Source of the DNA: Nitratidesulfovibrio vulgaris str. Hildenborough
GTDB taxonomy: Bacteria > Desulfobacterota > Desulfovibrionia > Desulfovibrionales > Desulfovibrionaceae
Length of the DNA stretch: 32,000 nt
Assembly (NCBI RefSeq): GCF_000195755.1
Contig: NC_002937.3
Span: 3,360,001 to 3,392,000, forward strand
Direction: 5' to 3'
Shown here: piece after piece, positions 20,014 to 28,326 of the stretch
Numbering within the stretch: the first letter of the stretch is position 1
Layout of the letters: every line of letters starts with the position of its first letter
Notes under the pieces: generated by a model
Told to the model about the DNA's origin: nothing
The model's input: the letters and a program-made list of their open reading frames with translations, nothing else
Database searches by the model: none
Translations under genes and position numbers: made by a program

Positions 20014-20280
20014 ACGCCGGGGCGCAGGTTGTCGGGGGCTGCACGACGGGGGGCGATGTCGGCAGGGGGAAAGATGTCCCCCACAGCATCTGCGTCACCG
20101 GCTGTCGGGTACGTTCGGCCCGATGAGGCATGGCTGGCTTTCAGGTGGCACCCGCACGACGTACCGCGTCTGCCATGTGCCACCGTGCGCCATCCTTCCC
20201 TCGCTCACGCCTGCGACTCGCCAAGTCCACCACCTGAAACTGTTCTGGGGCTGCCGACAGCCAGATGCGAAACGCACCCC

Positions 20281-22935
20281 CTAACGGTGCGGCTGCACAT
20301 AGGGGACGACGACGGCGGGCCGCTGGCGCACCGCTAGCATCTCGTCACGCAAGCGCTGGTGCAAGGCCGCGCGTGCAGTGGCGTTGTGCATGATCATGTC
20401 CACCTGACGGGTATGGATGATCAGGTAACCAAGCAGCCGCGTGAGCGCCAGTGTCTCCTCGCGCGGCTGCCCTTCGCATGAGGCGAAGAGGGCATCCTCT
20501 TTCACGTCCACCCGAAAGCCCTGTTCCTCCAGCACCTCGGCGACCAGCAAGGCGCGCGACACCCGTCTGTCGGGGCTGGCGGCCCCGCCCTTGAAATGGA
20601 AACTCACATAGTTGCCGTGGGCATCGTCACCCGCCTGCGCCTCGACGGTGCAGAAGTGGTAGCCGAAACGCGCCTGCAGGTTGCAGAAGTCGGCGGACAC
20701 CATCAGGAAGTTCTTGTTGGCCAGCGGGCTGGCGGCTGTAGCCTCAAGGTCGGGGTTGGCGGTGCTTTCGAACACCACGGAGAAGAACCCCTGCGCGTCC
20801 AGCGTGGGCGGCCCGGCCCATGGCACGGCCACCATGCCATCCCACAGGTACAGCATGGGCAGCGAACGGATGTTGGCGATGTCGACCACCTTGCCCGGCA
20901 CGGGGTCGATGAAGCCATCGTCGATGTCGATGACCCAGTACTGCAACTTCACCCCGGCGCGCAGCTGCTTTCCCGCCAAGGCCTCGGCGGGCGAGCCTTC
21001 ATGTGCACCGAAGAGGGCATCCACCGACTTCTCGTGGCAGAAACGGGTGATGTCGTGCAGGGTGCGGCAGTTGCCTGGGGCGAACGAAGGCGACTCGGGG
21101 TCGAGCAGATTGAGCGGCACCACAAGGCGTGCCACCTGTTGCAAGGTCTCGAAGACGGGGCTGCCCTGCATGAGGTTGCGGGGCGGCGTCCGTTCGAGAA
21201 GGGCCTCTATCCTGCCGGGATGGACCCTGCGGTTGTCCGCATCCACGGTGACCGTGCCCGCCCCTTCCAGCGCAGCCACACAGCCTTCGATGCCGAAAAG
21301 CGCGGGAACGCCGTATTCGCGCGCCACGCTGGCAAGATGCCCCGCCGTGCCGCCCGCCTCGGCCACCACGGCGGCAGCCCGCCCCAGCAATGGGGCCCAG
21401 CGGGGCAACGAACGCTCCACGACGAGGACCGCCCCGTCCGGGAAGCCCAGAAGGTCGGCGTCACGCCGCACCACATACACGTCTCCGGCCCCCGTCCCGG
21501 GGCTGGCGGCGGCACCACCCGCAAGCAGCACGGGATACGCCGACCCGCCTCCGCCCGGCACATCCGGCCCGGCGGCTGCGGCGATGTCCAGCGGCGCCTC
21601 GTGTACCGCCTCCTTGAGGGGGCGGCTTTGCAGGATGACCAGCTGCCCGTCGGGGGCGAGCGCCCATTCGATATCCTGCGGTTCGCCGTAGTAGACTTCG
21701 AAGCCCGCCGCCAGAGAGGCTATCTCCACCGCCAGTGCATCATCTATGGAAGGCAGGGTACGCTCCGCCTCGGGCAGTTCCACAAGGCGCACCCCCTCGA
21801 CGGGGTCGCACACGAAACGTCCGGGTTTGGAGGCTATCTCGCGCCGGACGAGGCGCGGGGGGACGTCACGCGAGACGACGAAGACGTCAGGCGTCCAGCT
21901 GCCGTCGACCACAGCCTTGGGCAGCCCCGCGACCGCATTGATGACCACGGTGTTGTCGCGCAGGTCGAGTGGATTACGGCTGTAGGCCACGCCACCGGCA
22001 AGGGCATCGACCATGACGAGGCCACCCACGCACATGGCCACATCCTCATCGGGGATACCCCGGTTGTGGCGGTAGGTCATGGCGGTGACGCCGTATTTGC
22101 TGGCGACCACCTCGCGCCATGTATCGAGCACGTCTTCAGGCGTCACATTGAGTTCGGAACGGTACTGCCCGGCGAAAGAGGCGCCCAGCGCGTCCTCGCC
22201 CACGGCGCTGCTGCGCACGGCAAGACGCAGAGGCCCGGCATGGCAGGCGGCAAGGCGTTCCACCTCGGCGGTGATGGCGGCTGCGAGGTCGTCCGGCACG
22301 GGCGCACGCAGGATGAGCGACTGGATGGATGACGACAGGGCGAACACCTCATCGAGGCGTCCGGCGTTGGCCGCCTGAATGCGCCTGTCTATCTCCTCCT
22401 GAAGGCCATTGGCCGCCATGAAGTACTGGAACCCCGAAGCGGTCACCACGAAGCCATCGGGCACGGAGATGCCGAGGCGGCGCCGTATCTCGCCCAGATT
22501 GGCCATCTTGCCCCCCGTCTCGTCAGCCATGTCGAGGCTGATGTCGGCGATGGGCAGCACCAGCGGCCCCCGTTCACTGCGGTGGCGGCTGCCGAGGCAT
22601 GCTTCGATGGCGGTGCGCACCGCGTCGAAGCTGGCGTAGAGGTCGCGGTACCTGTCTTCCGTGAGGCTGTTCAGTGCCCGCACCATCTGGAATACGCTGG
22701 CCGTGACACGCGTGGACGCGCCCCTTACGTAGTGCAGCCCGAAAGGCCGCCCGCCGCGCAGCGTCTCCTCCATGTCGGCCATGACCTCGAGCGCGGTCTT
22801 GTTGGCAGAGAGCAAGTGCCTGAAATGCCCGCACCGTTCGCGGTAGACAGCGCGCAGCCTCTCGGCCTCGGCCAGTGCCACCGGGTCGGGGGGGCGGTCG
22901 AACAGCGCCCGTAGCTTCGTGAGCAGCGACGCCAT
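20281..22935 (-). CDS. PEP synthase-like protein: N-terminal helical extension + PPDK_N-type ATP-grasp + swivelling phosphohistidine domain + unrecognised C-terminal domain of about 330 aa
   Basis: 884 aa. ETGGKMANLGEIRRRLGISVPDGFVV marks the start of a PPDK_N/PpsA nucleotide-binding domain. GGTAGHLASVAREYGVPALFG is the PEP-utilizer mobile His motif. I see no GSNDL-type TIM-barrel motifs in the C-terminal third. Confidence 0.85.
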   Translation of the reverse strand: MASLLTKLRALFDRPPDPVALAEAERLRAVYRERCGHFRHLLSANKTALEVMADMEETLRGGRPFGLHYVRGASTRVTASVFQMVRALNSLTEDRYRDLYASFDAVRTAIEACLGSRHRSERGPLVLPIADISLDMADETGGKMANLGEIRRRLGISVPDGFVVTASGFQYFMAANGLQEEIDRRIQAANAGRLDEVFALSSSIQSLILRAPVPDDLAAAITAEVERLAACHAGPLRLAVRSSAVGEDALGASFAGQYRSELNVTPEDVLDTWREVVASKYGVTAMTYRHNRGIPDEDVAMCVGGLVMVDALAGGVAYSRNPLDLRDNTVVINAVAGLPKAVVDGSWTPDVFVVSRDVPPRLVRREIASKPGRFVCDPVEGVRLVELPEAERTLPSIDDALAVEIASLAAGFEVYYGEPQDIEWALAPDGQLVILQSRPLKEAVHEAPLDIAAAAGPDVPGGGGSAYPVLLAGGAAASPGTGAGDVYVVRRDADLLGFPDGAVLVVERSLPRWAPLLGRAAAVVAEAGGTAGHLASVAREYGVPALFGIEGCVAALEGAGTVTVDADNRRVHPGRIEALLERTPPRNLMQGSPVFETLQQVARLVVPLNLLDPESPSFAPGNCRTLHDITRFCHEKSVDALFGAHEGSPAEALAGKQLRAGVKLQYWVIDIDDGFIDPVPGKVVDIANIRSLPMLYLWDGMVAVPWAGPPTLDAQGFFSVVFESTANPDLEATAASPLANKNFLMVSADFCNLQARFGYHFCTVEAQAGDDAHGNYVSFHFKGGAASPDRRVSRALLVAEVLEEQGFRVDVKEDALFASCEGQPREETLALTRLLGYLIIHTRQVDMIMHNATARAALHQRLRDEMLAVRQRPAVVVPYVQPHR

Positions 22936-22951
22936 GCCCTGCGCGCCGCCT

Positions 22952-23317
22952 CTAGGCCCCGCCCAGTCGGGCGGCCTCGTTGAGCTTGATGATGAGTTCG
23001 TTGATGGCCACAGGCTTGAGCATGTAGTCGAAGGCCCCCAGTTCCATCCCGCTGACGGCAGAACCGAGGCTGGCGTGCCCCGTGAGCAGCAGAACCGGCA
23101 TGGTGGGGTGCATGACGCGAAGGCGGCGCAGCGTCTCCAGTCCGTCGATGCCCGGCATCTTCACGTCGAGCACGACGACGTCGAAGACACGCCCCTCGGC
23201 CAAGGTGAGCGCTTCTTCGCCGCTGGAGGCCGTGGTCACGTCCATGCCGCGCCGCGCAAGGCGCTTACCCACCAGTTCGAGGAATTCCGTCTCGTCGTCG
23301 ACGATGAGTATGTTCAT
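22952..23317 (-). CDS. stand-alone response regulator receiver (CheY-like)
   Basis: 121 aa. ILIVDDE, phospho-acceptor context DVVVLDVKMPGIDG, LLLTGH and DYMLKP are present, with no output domain. It lies 17 bp after the kinase stop and 16 bp before the PpsA-like start. Confidence 0.9.
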   Translation of the reverse strand: MNILIVDDETEFLELVGKRLARRGMDVTTASSGEEALTLAEGRVFDVVVLDVKMPGIDGLETLRRLRVMHPTMPVLLLTGHASLGSAVSGMELGAFDYMLKPVAINELIIKLNEAARLGGA

Positions 23318-23334
23318 GACGGCGTCATCTCCTG

Positions 23335-25032
23335 TCAGCGCAGGTTCAGCATCCCGTCGGCGGCGAGGGCGGGGTTGGCGGCCAGGGGCAGGGTCACGGT
23401 GAAGGTGGCCCCCTGTCCGGGCGCACTCGCGGCGTGGATGCGGCCTCCGAGTTTTTCGAGAATGGAGTGGCAGATGGCGAGGCCGAGTCCTGTGCCCTCG
23501 CCCACCTTCTTGGTGGTGTAGAACGGATCGAAAATACGCGAGAGCAGTTCGGGGGGGATGCCCTCGCCCGTATCACTGACCGAGACGAAGACCTCACTCC
23601 TGTCCGGGGCGGCCCCGGTGCGGATGGTGATGGTGCCGTCGCGGCCCACAGCGTCGATGGCGTTGTCGAGGATGTTGAGCAGCACCTGCTGCACCTGCGT
23701 GGCGTCGGTCGTGATGGGGGGCAGGTCGTCCGCCAGTTCCTTGACGAGGGTGATATGGCGATGCAGGGCCTCGGTCTCAAGGAACTTGATGGTCTGCTCG
23801 GTGAGCAGGTTCACGCACACGTCGTCCTGCAGCGGCTCAAGACGGCGCGCAAGCCCGAGCATCCGGTGCGTCACGCCCTTGGCCCTGTCCACATGCATCT
23901 CGATCTTGTCGGCGGCGGTGACAAGCTCCTTGTGGTTCCGCATGGCTGCGGGGTCCTCTTCCACGAGGAGGTCCTTGATCCAGCCCGCATTCTCGCGGAT
24001 GAGCATGAGGGGATTGTTCACTTCGTGGGCCACGCCCGCCGCCAGCTTGCCAAGGGCCGCCATCTTGCTCGACTGCAGGAACTCCGCATCGAGCATGGCC
24101 TGCTTCCGGTCGCTATCCTTGAGCTTGCCGACGATGGCTCGGGTGGTGAGGAAGGTTCCGAGGCAGATGACCGCCACGCCCCCCATGACGAACAGCACCA
24201 GCAGCAGGTTGGTACGCTCAAGCGGCGAAAGGGGTTCGCGCGGGTCTTCCATGACCACCAGCAGCCACGGCATCCGCTCGAGCCATGTCATGGCGGCGAT
24301 CATGGGGCGTCCGTCGGCGCTGTGGGTGGGTTCGATGAGGATGCCCCGCTTGCCGCGCGGCGGCAGGGGGATGGCGGAGTGCGACATGATCTCGCCGTTG
24401 TTGCGCGAGTCCGACTGCAGAAGTCCTTCGGTGTTCAGCAGAAAGGCGTCGCTGTTGTTCCCCGAATAGGAACGGCGCAGCAGCTGGTTGATGGCGGCGG
24501 AGTCGATGGTGGCCCGCACGATCCATGTCCGCGCCCCCTCGCGCCGTGCCACGGCGATGACGAAATGCGGGTACTTGCGGAAACCGAGGAAGACATCGCT
24601 GACGTACTGCCCTTTCAGCATCACCTCCTGGAACCACGGTTCGTCCATGTAGTTGGCCCCTTCGAGGTTGTAGGGGCCGACGTATGCCGCATGGGTTCCG
24701 TTGGAGAGGATGATGCCGATATCGACGTATGAACGTGCATTGGCCTGAATGACCGAGAATATCTCGCCGAGACGCGCCGGGTTCGAGAGTTCCTCGAAGC
24801 TGTGCGTGTAGACGAGGCTCTTTATCTGCGAGACGCGCTCCTCAAGGAACGTATCAAGGGCGCGCCGCTTGCTTTCGGTCACGGCTTCGAGACCGGAGAC
24901 CAGCTTTTCGTTGTAGGTTCCCGTGAACTGCTTCTGGAAGAAAAGGCCCAGCGCAAGCAGGGGCACCAGCGAAAACGCCAGCATGGCCAGCATCAATCTA
25001 CGTCGCAGTCGGGTGTAGCCGCCGATTTCCAT
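23335..25032 (-). CDS. sensor histidine kinase with periplasmic Cache-like domain
   Basis: 565 aa. TM1 is LMLAMLAFSLVPLLALGLFF. An extracytoplasmic segment of about 240 aa has Cache-like features, followed by TM2 LLLVLFVMGGVAVICLGTF. The H-box is AAGVAHEVNNPL, the N-box LLNILDNAIDA, and the G-boxes DTGEGI / GTGLGLAI. RBS ggag lies 5 nt before the ATG at 25032. Confidence 0.9.
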   Translation of the reverse strand: MEIGGYTRLRRRLMLAMLAFSLVPLLALGLFFQKQFTGTYNEKLVSGLEAVTESKRRALDTFLEERVSQIKSLVYTHSFEELSNPARLGEIFSVIQANARSYVDIGIILSNGTHAAYVGPYNLEGANYMDEPWFQEVMLKGQYVSDVFLGFRKYPHFVIAVARREGARTWIVRATIDSAAINQLLRRSYSGNNSDAFLLNTEGLLQSDSRNNGEIMSHSAIPLPPRGKRGILIEPTHSADGRPMIAAMTWLERMPWLLVVMEDPREPLSPLERTNLLLVLFVMGGVAVICLGTFLTTRAIVGKLKDSDRKQAMLDAEFLQSSKMAALGKLAAGVAHEVNNPLMLIRENAGWIKDLLVEEDPAAMRNHKELVTAADKIEMHVDRAKGVTHRMLGLARRLEPLQDDVCVNLLTEQTIKFLETEALHRHITLVKELADDLPPITTDATQVQQVLLNILDNAIDAVGRDGTITIRTGAAPDRSEVFVSVSDTGEGIPPELLSRIFDPFYTTKKVGEGTGLGLAICHSILEKLGGRIHAASAPGQGATFTVTLPLAANPALAADGMLNLR

Positions 25033-25528
25033 GCCTTCTCCGGATGCGGGATACCGCGCTCACCAATGAGACATTCCGTTTCATGCCGACGGCCTGTGTG
25101 CGGACATGACACAGGGAAGATGCGACATGTTTCACAGACGCGACGCTTCTTGGAACGCCGGAACAATGATAAACGGTATCCTATCGGATGGTTGTTGACA
25201 ATCGGCCCTGATGCGCGGCGGGCTGGTTTCTTCACGGTCACTCACCCTGCCCTGAACCATCCAGCATCCGCACCAGCCACACAGCCCCGCCTGCGCCCTC
25301 AAACGCCTGACACGGCTGACTCGCCCAAGCCCATGACGGTTTCAGTGGCACACCGCCATGCCCACCGTACCGACGCGAAAACGCCCGACCCCAGAATGGG
25401 GCCGGACGTCAGGGTCAGCGTAGATATGACACTCATGCCGGACAGTCGGACTAGCCCGCATCCTGCCGCGCAGTTGACCTCGACCGGGTTACCGGCTGGC
25501 TGGCAGAGGTCCCCGACCGAAGCACACC

Positions 25529-25576
25529 GGACGGGGCATGACATGGACGGACATGATACCGGACGGGCATGATGAC
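25529..25576. repeat. 16-bp imperfect tandem repeat x3
   Basis: ggacggggcatgacat / ggacggacatgatacc / ggacgggcatgatgac, plus a partial fourth copy gggcacgcc. Confidence 0.8.
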
Positions 25577-25628
25577 GGGCACGCCACGCCAGCCACAGGC
25601 ACCTCCCGCGTCTGGGGCGGCAGGATAA

Positions 25629-25712
25629 CCGACGCAGAGAGTCTGGCGCAGTCCGTCTGGCGCAGACGGCGTGGCGCAGACGGCTTGACGCAGGCTGTCA
25701 GGCACGCCCCTG
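25629..25712. repeat. 14-bp tandem repeat x6 (core GRCGCAG)
   Basis: ccgacgcagagagt / ctggcgcagtccgt / ctggcgcagacggc / gtggcgcagacggc / ttgacgcaggctgt / caggcacgcccctg. The array ends 5 bp from the stop of the amphi-Trp gene. Confidence 0.8.
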
Positions 25713-25717
25713 CCGGG

Positions 25718-26146
25718 TCAGGACTTCCGCTTGTGGGACTTCCTGTCCTTGCCTTCCTTCACTGCGGGTGCATCACTCATGGCCTGTGCCGCCCCTTCAC
25801 CGGGGGTTATCTCCGCAGCATCGATGAGCACCTCGGCCTCGTCATCGAGGCGTGCCTCGCCCGACGCACCCGACTGACCGGGTTCGTCATCTTCCCCGTC
25901 TTCAGCCTCATGTTCTCCATCTTCGGAGACACGCCACGATATTTCGAGGGTTATCTTGCCTCGCCCGTCCTTGAGTCTGGCCTCGAGTTCAAGGTCGACG
26001 GCCTCTGGCGGCGTAAGCACCAAGGTCTCGTCCCCTTTCTGGATACGCAGGCACCGTTCCTTCAGGCCTTCGGCAAGGGCGTCGATGACCCCCGCCGCGT
26101 CGGCACAGACGAGACGGGTGTTGAGGCAGAGTTTCTTCTTCTCCAT
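25718..26146 (-). CDS. amphi-Trp domain-containing protein with acidic, disordered C-terminal half
   Basis: RBS ggaggg precedes the ATG at 26146. IDALAEGLKERCLRIQKGDETLVLTPPEAVDLELEARLKDGRGKITLEISW matches my memory of the amphi-Trp domain pattern (..LEVEaeeKDGk.eLEIElkW). The tail is rich in E, D, G and K. Confidence 0.65.
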   Translation of the reverse strand: MEKKKLCLNTRLVCADAAGVIDALAEGLKERCLRIQKGDETLVLTPPEAVDLELEARLKDGRGKITLEISWRVSEDGEHEAEDGEDDEPGQSGASGEARLDDEAEVLIDAAEITPGEGAAQAMSDAPAVKEGKDRKSHKRKS

Positions 26147-26209
26147 GTGGCCCTCCGTGTGGACCCGCGGTCAGGCGGGGATGCGAGTTGGCTGTGTGAA
26201 GCATAGCAT

Positions 26210-26237
26210 GTGGGGACACCAAGGCAAGACCTGTCGG
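26210..26237 (-). promoter_or_regulatory. candidate sigma-70 promoter for the amphi-Trp gene
   Basis: On the minus strand, TTGCCT (26237-26232), 16-nt spacer, TATGCT (26215-26210), about 60 nt upstream of the ATG. Confidence 0.3.
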
Positions 26238-26312
26238 CAACAGCCGGGGCGGTGGCCCTTTCATGCCGATGATGCCGGATGCGCGGGCATGCGACGGTCA
26301 GGACGCACAGCC

Positions 26313-26379
26313 CCTGCATGCAGACAGGCGCGAACCCCGCCACAGGGCACGGGTTCGCGCTGTCCGTCACACATGCAGG
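26313..26379. terminator. long imperfect inverted repeat / stem-loop after the isochorismatase-family gene
   Basis: Outer arms are cctgcatg (26313-26320) / catgcagg (26372-26379). The inner perfect 10-bp stem is gcgcgaaccc (26328-26337) / gggttcgcgc (26351-26360). There is no U-tract on either strand. Confidence 0.4.
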
Positions 26380-26397
26380 AGGCCGCCCTGCGCAGTA

Positions 26398-27054
26398 CTA
26401 CACGATAGCCAGTGCGATGATGGCGTCGGTATCCATCACATCGGCGAAGCGGTCGGCGAGTGCGGCAAGGGCGTTTCGATGGATGGCGAGATGGGGGATG
26501 ATGCCATGCCCGTCATGGGCTGGCAGGTTACGGTCGGCACAGGCGTCGGCCGCCACGATGACCGAAAAACCGCGATAGCTGGCATCTGCGACGGCACTGG
26601 TCACGCACATGTGGGTCATGAGGCCCGCCACCACCAGAGTGTCGATACCCCGCGTACGCAAGGCCTCTTCAAGCCCCGTATCGGCAAAGGCACTGGGCAG
26701 GTGTTTCGAAAACACAAGATGATGCGGTTTCGGTTCCACGTCGGGGTGGAAATCGATCATCCCCCCCTGTGCGCCGAACAGCGACGACGCAGGGTCCGAC
26801 GCCACATGCCGGACATGTACCACGGTCATGCCGTGGGCGTCGGCCCACTCGACCAGTCGCGCCCCCTGCATGACCGCCTGCGGCCCGTGGGGGACGTGAA
26901 GGTGTCCGGCGAAGAACTCAAGCTCGTAGTCGATGCACAGGAGCGCAGTGCGCGCGGGGTCGATGGCGGTGGGCGGTGTGCAGCCTGCCCATTGCCGCAT
27001 GGTGCTGTCGTTGTCCATGACCTGCTCCCTTGGAATGCTGGTGCGGGGGTACAT
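26398..27054 (-). CDS. isochorismatase-family cysteine hydrolase
   Basis: ALLCIDYELEFF, VVHVRHV and GIDTLVVAGLMTHMCVTSAVADASYRGFSVIVAADAC (catalytic Cys context) are present. The ATG at 27054 overlaps the TGA of the upstream ORF by 1 nt (TGATG). The ORF-track start at 27057 is a TTG. Confidence 0.85.
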   Translation of the reverse strand: MYPRTSIPREQVMDNDSTMRQWAGCTPPTAIDPARTALLCIDYELEFFAGHLHVPHGPQAVMQGARLVEWADAHGMTVVHVRHVASDPASSLFGAQGGMIDFHPDVEPKPHHLVFSKHLPSAFADTGLEEALRTRGIDTLVVAGLMTHMCVTSAVADASYRGFSVIVAADACADRNLPAHDGHGIIPHLAIHRNALAALADRFADVMDTDAIIALAIV

Positions 27055-28325
27055 CAACCCCCGAGACGCTGCCGGAAGGCGTCGATGACGCGCTCGCGCG
27101 TCATGCCGGCCCGTTCGAGTTCCTTAAGCGTTACAGGGTCTTCCCACAAGGGCTGAACACCTATTTCCCGCGCGAGGCGTGCCTGTTCCGGGCCGTCGGG
27201 CAGGCGCAGCATCTCACCGAAGTGCGTATCGTCGCCCATGGTCACCAGTGTGGGCTTCGCTGACGGGTGCTTCGCATTGGCCTCGTTCACGACGGAAATA
27301 AGGAAGTTGGTGTGACGCCGCGACTGCGGATTCCACACTTCGATGGCGTCCACGTCGTACCCGGCGAGGAGGATAGGCCAGAATTGTTCGGGGTGCGGGA
27401 TGGTGACCAGCCCGCCGAGTCCTCGCGCCTCTTCCATGAAGGCATGGGCATCGTGGAAGAAATCGAGAGGGAACTCGGCTTTGACCCGGTCGCGCAGGGC
27501 CTTGGTGTAGGCGTGCACCTGCGGTGTGAGTACCGGCCCCAGTTGCGGACGCCGCGCCTCCACGAAGTCGCGCAAGAGCGTGCTGCGCCGTTCATCGGCT
27601 GGCGGGGCGTCCCTTTCGGCATCCAGAAGGCAGAGAAGCTTGGCGGCGCAGGCAGCGGCAGTGGCAAGCACCTCCGGCCCGCTGCCCGTCGCCCGCACGG
27701 CGCGTTCGACACGATGACGGTGCCCCGCCTCGTCGGGGCGGGCGGCCGTCTCAAGCAGCGCTCGCAACTGGATACCCCGGTACAGGGCCGTATGGTCGAG
27801 CATGGCGCGAAGGGTGTGCGCTTCGCGTACCCTGTCGGCCCTGAAATGCAACAGAAGCTGCACCTTGAGGCCAAGGCGCAGGTCGCGGCAGTCGGCCTCC
27901 ACCCCCGCATGGTCGCCCCAGACGTGCAGCACGTTGTGTTCGGTGGGAATGACGAGCGTGTCGCGGGCATCGGGGAACAGGGCGGCGAGACGGCGGCGGG
28001 CGACGTCCAGCGGCACATGTTGCGGATGCCAGTGGATGGCCAGCACATGGTCGACGCCGTGGCGTGGCTGCACCGGGCGGGCAAGGGCTTCGAGCCTTTC
28101 CGGGGTGATGGTGTCATCCACGAGACGTCTGAAGAGGACGGCGTCATCGGCATCCGGCACCGGGTCGAGAAGGCCGCGGCGAGGGTCTTCTCCGCCATGG
28201 GCGGCGGGGTCACGGAAGGTGCCGTTTTCGGGATGGGGGGCGTCGGGTGCGTTCACCGGGTGTCCTTTGCCCTGACGGGCGGCTTGCCCCACCGGGGCGC
28301 GCCACCGCCCGCAGGGGGACGTCAC
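27054..28325 (-). CDS. conserved hypothetical protein (423 aa), C-terminal third weakly PHP-phosphoesterase-like
   Basis: Coding-like GC3 bias runs throughout. The GTG at 28325 lies 1 nt after the sigma-54 regulator stop. An alternative GTG at 28256 is preceded by aaagga. TIPHPEQF...DAIEVWNP...MGDDTHFGE loosely resembles the last PHP-domain motifs. The N-terminal 280 aa are unrecognised, with a His-rich patch AIHWHPQH. Confidence 0.7.
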   Translation of the reverse strand: MTSPCGRWRAPVGQAARQGKGHPVNAPDAPHPENGTFRDPAAHGGEDPRRGLLDPVPDADDAVLFRRLVDDTITPERLEALARPVQPRHGVDHVLAIHWHPQHVPLDVARRRLAALFPDARDTLVIPTEHNVLHVWGDHAGVEADCRDLRLGLKVQLLLHFRADRVREAHTLRAMLDHTALYRGIQLRALLETAARPDEAGHRHRVERAVRATGSGPEVLATAAACAAKLLCLLDAERDAPPADERRSTLLRDFVEARRPQLGPVLTPQVHAYTKALRDRVKAEFPLDFFHDAHAFMEEARGLGGLVTIPHPEQFWPILLAGYDVDAIEVWNPQSRRHTNFLISVVNEANAKHPSAKPTLVTMGDDTHFGEMLRLPDGPEQARLAREIGVQPLWEDPVTLKELERAGMTRERVIDAFRQRLGG

Positions 28326-28326
28326 G

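Noticed and set aside
19631-20284. 217-aa (+) ORF and minus-strand ORFs of 60-135 aa filling the nox / PpsA-like gap.
   Set aside because: They are Arg/Pro/Gly-rich with no motifs, and they overlap the terminator and palindrome. Only the 72-aa frame starting at 19795 looks protein-like.
24993-25544. Small ORFs (81-82 aa, minus strand) in the long region upstream of the kinase operon.
   Set aside because: One overlaps the kinase start out of frame. Both have Cys/Arg/Pro-rich, unprotein-like composition and no RBS.
25529-25712. CRISPR array.
   Set aside because: The units are 14-16 bp, directly abutting with no spacers, imperfect, and there are no cas genes nearby.
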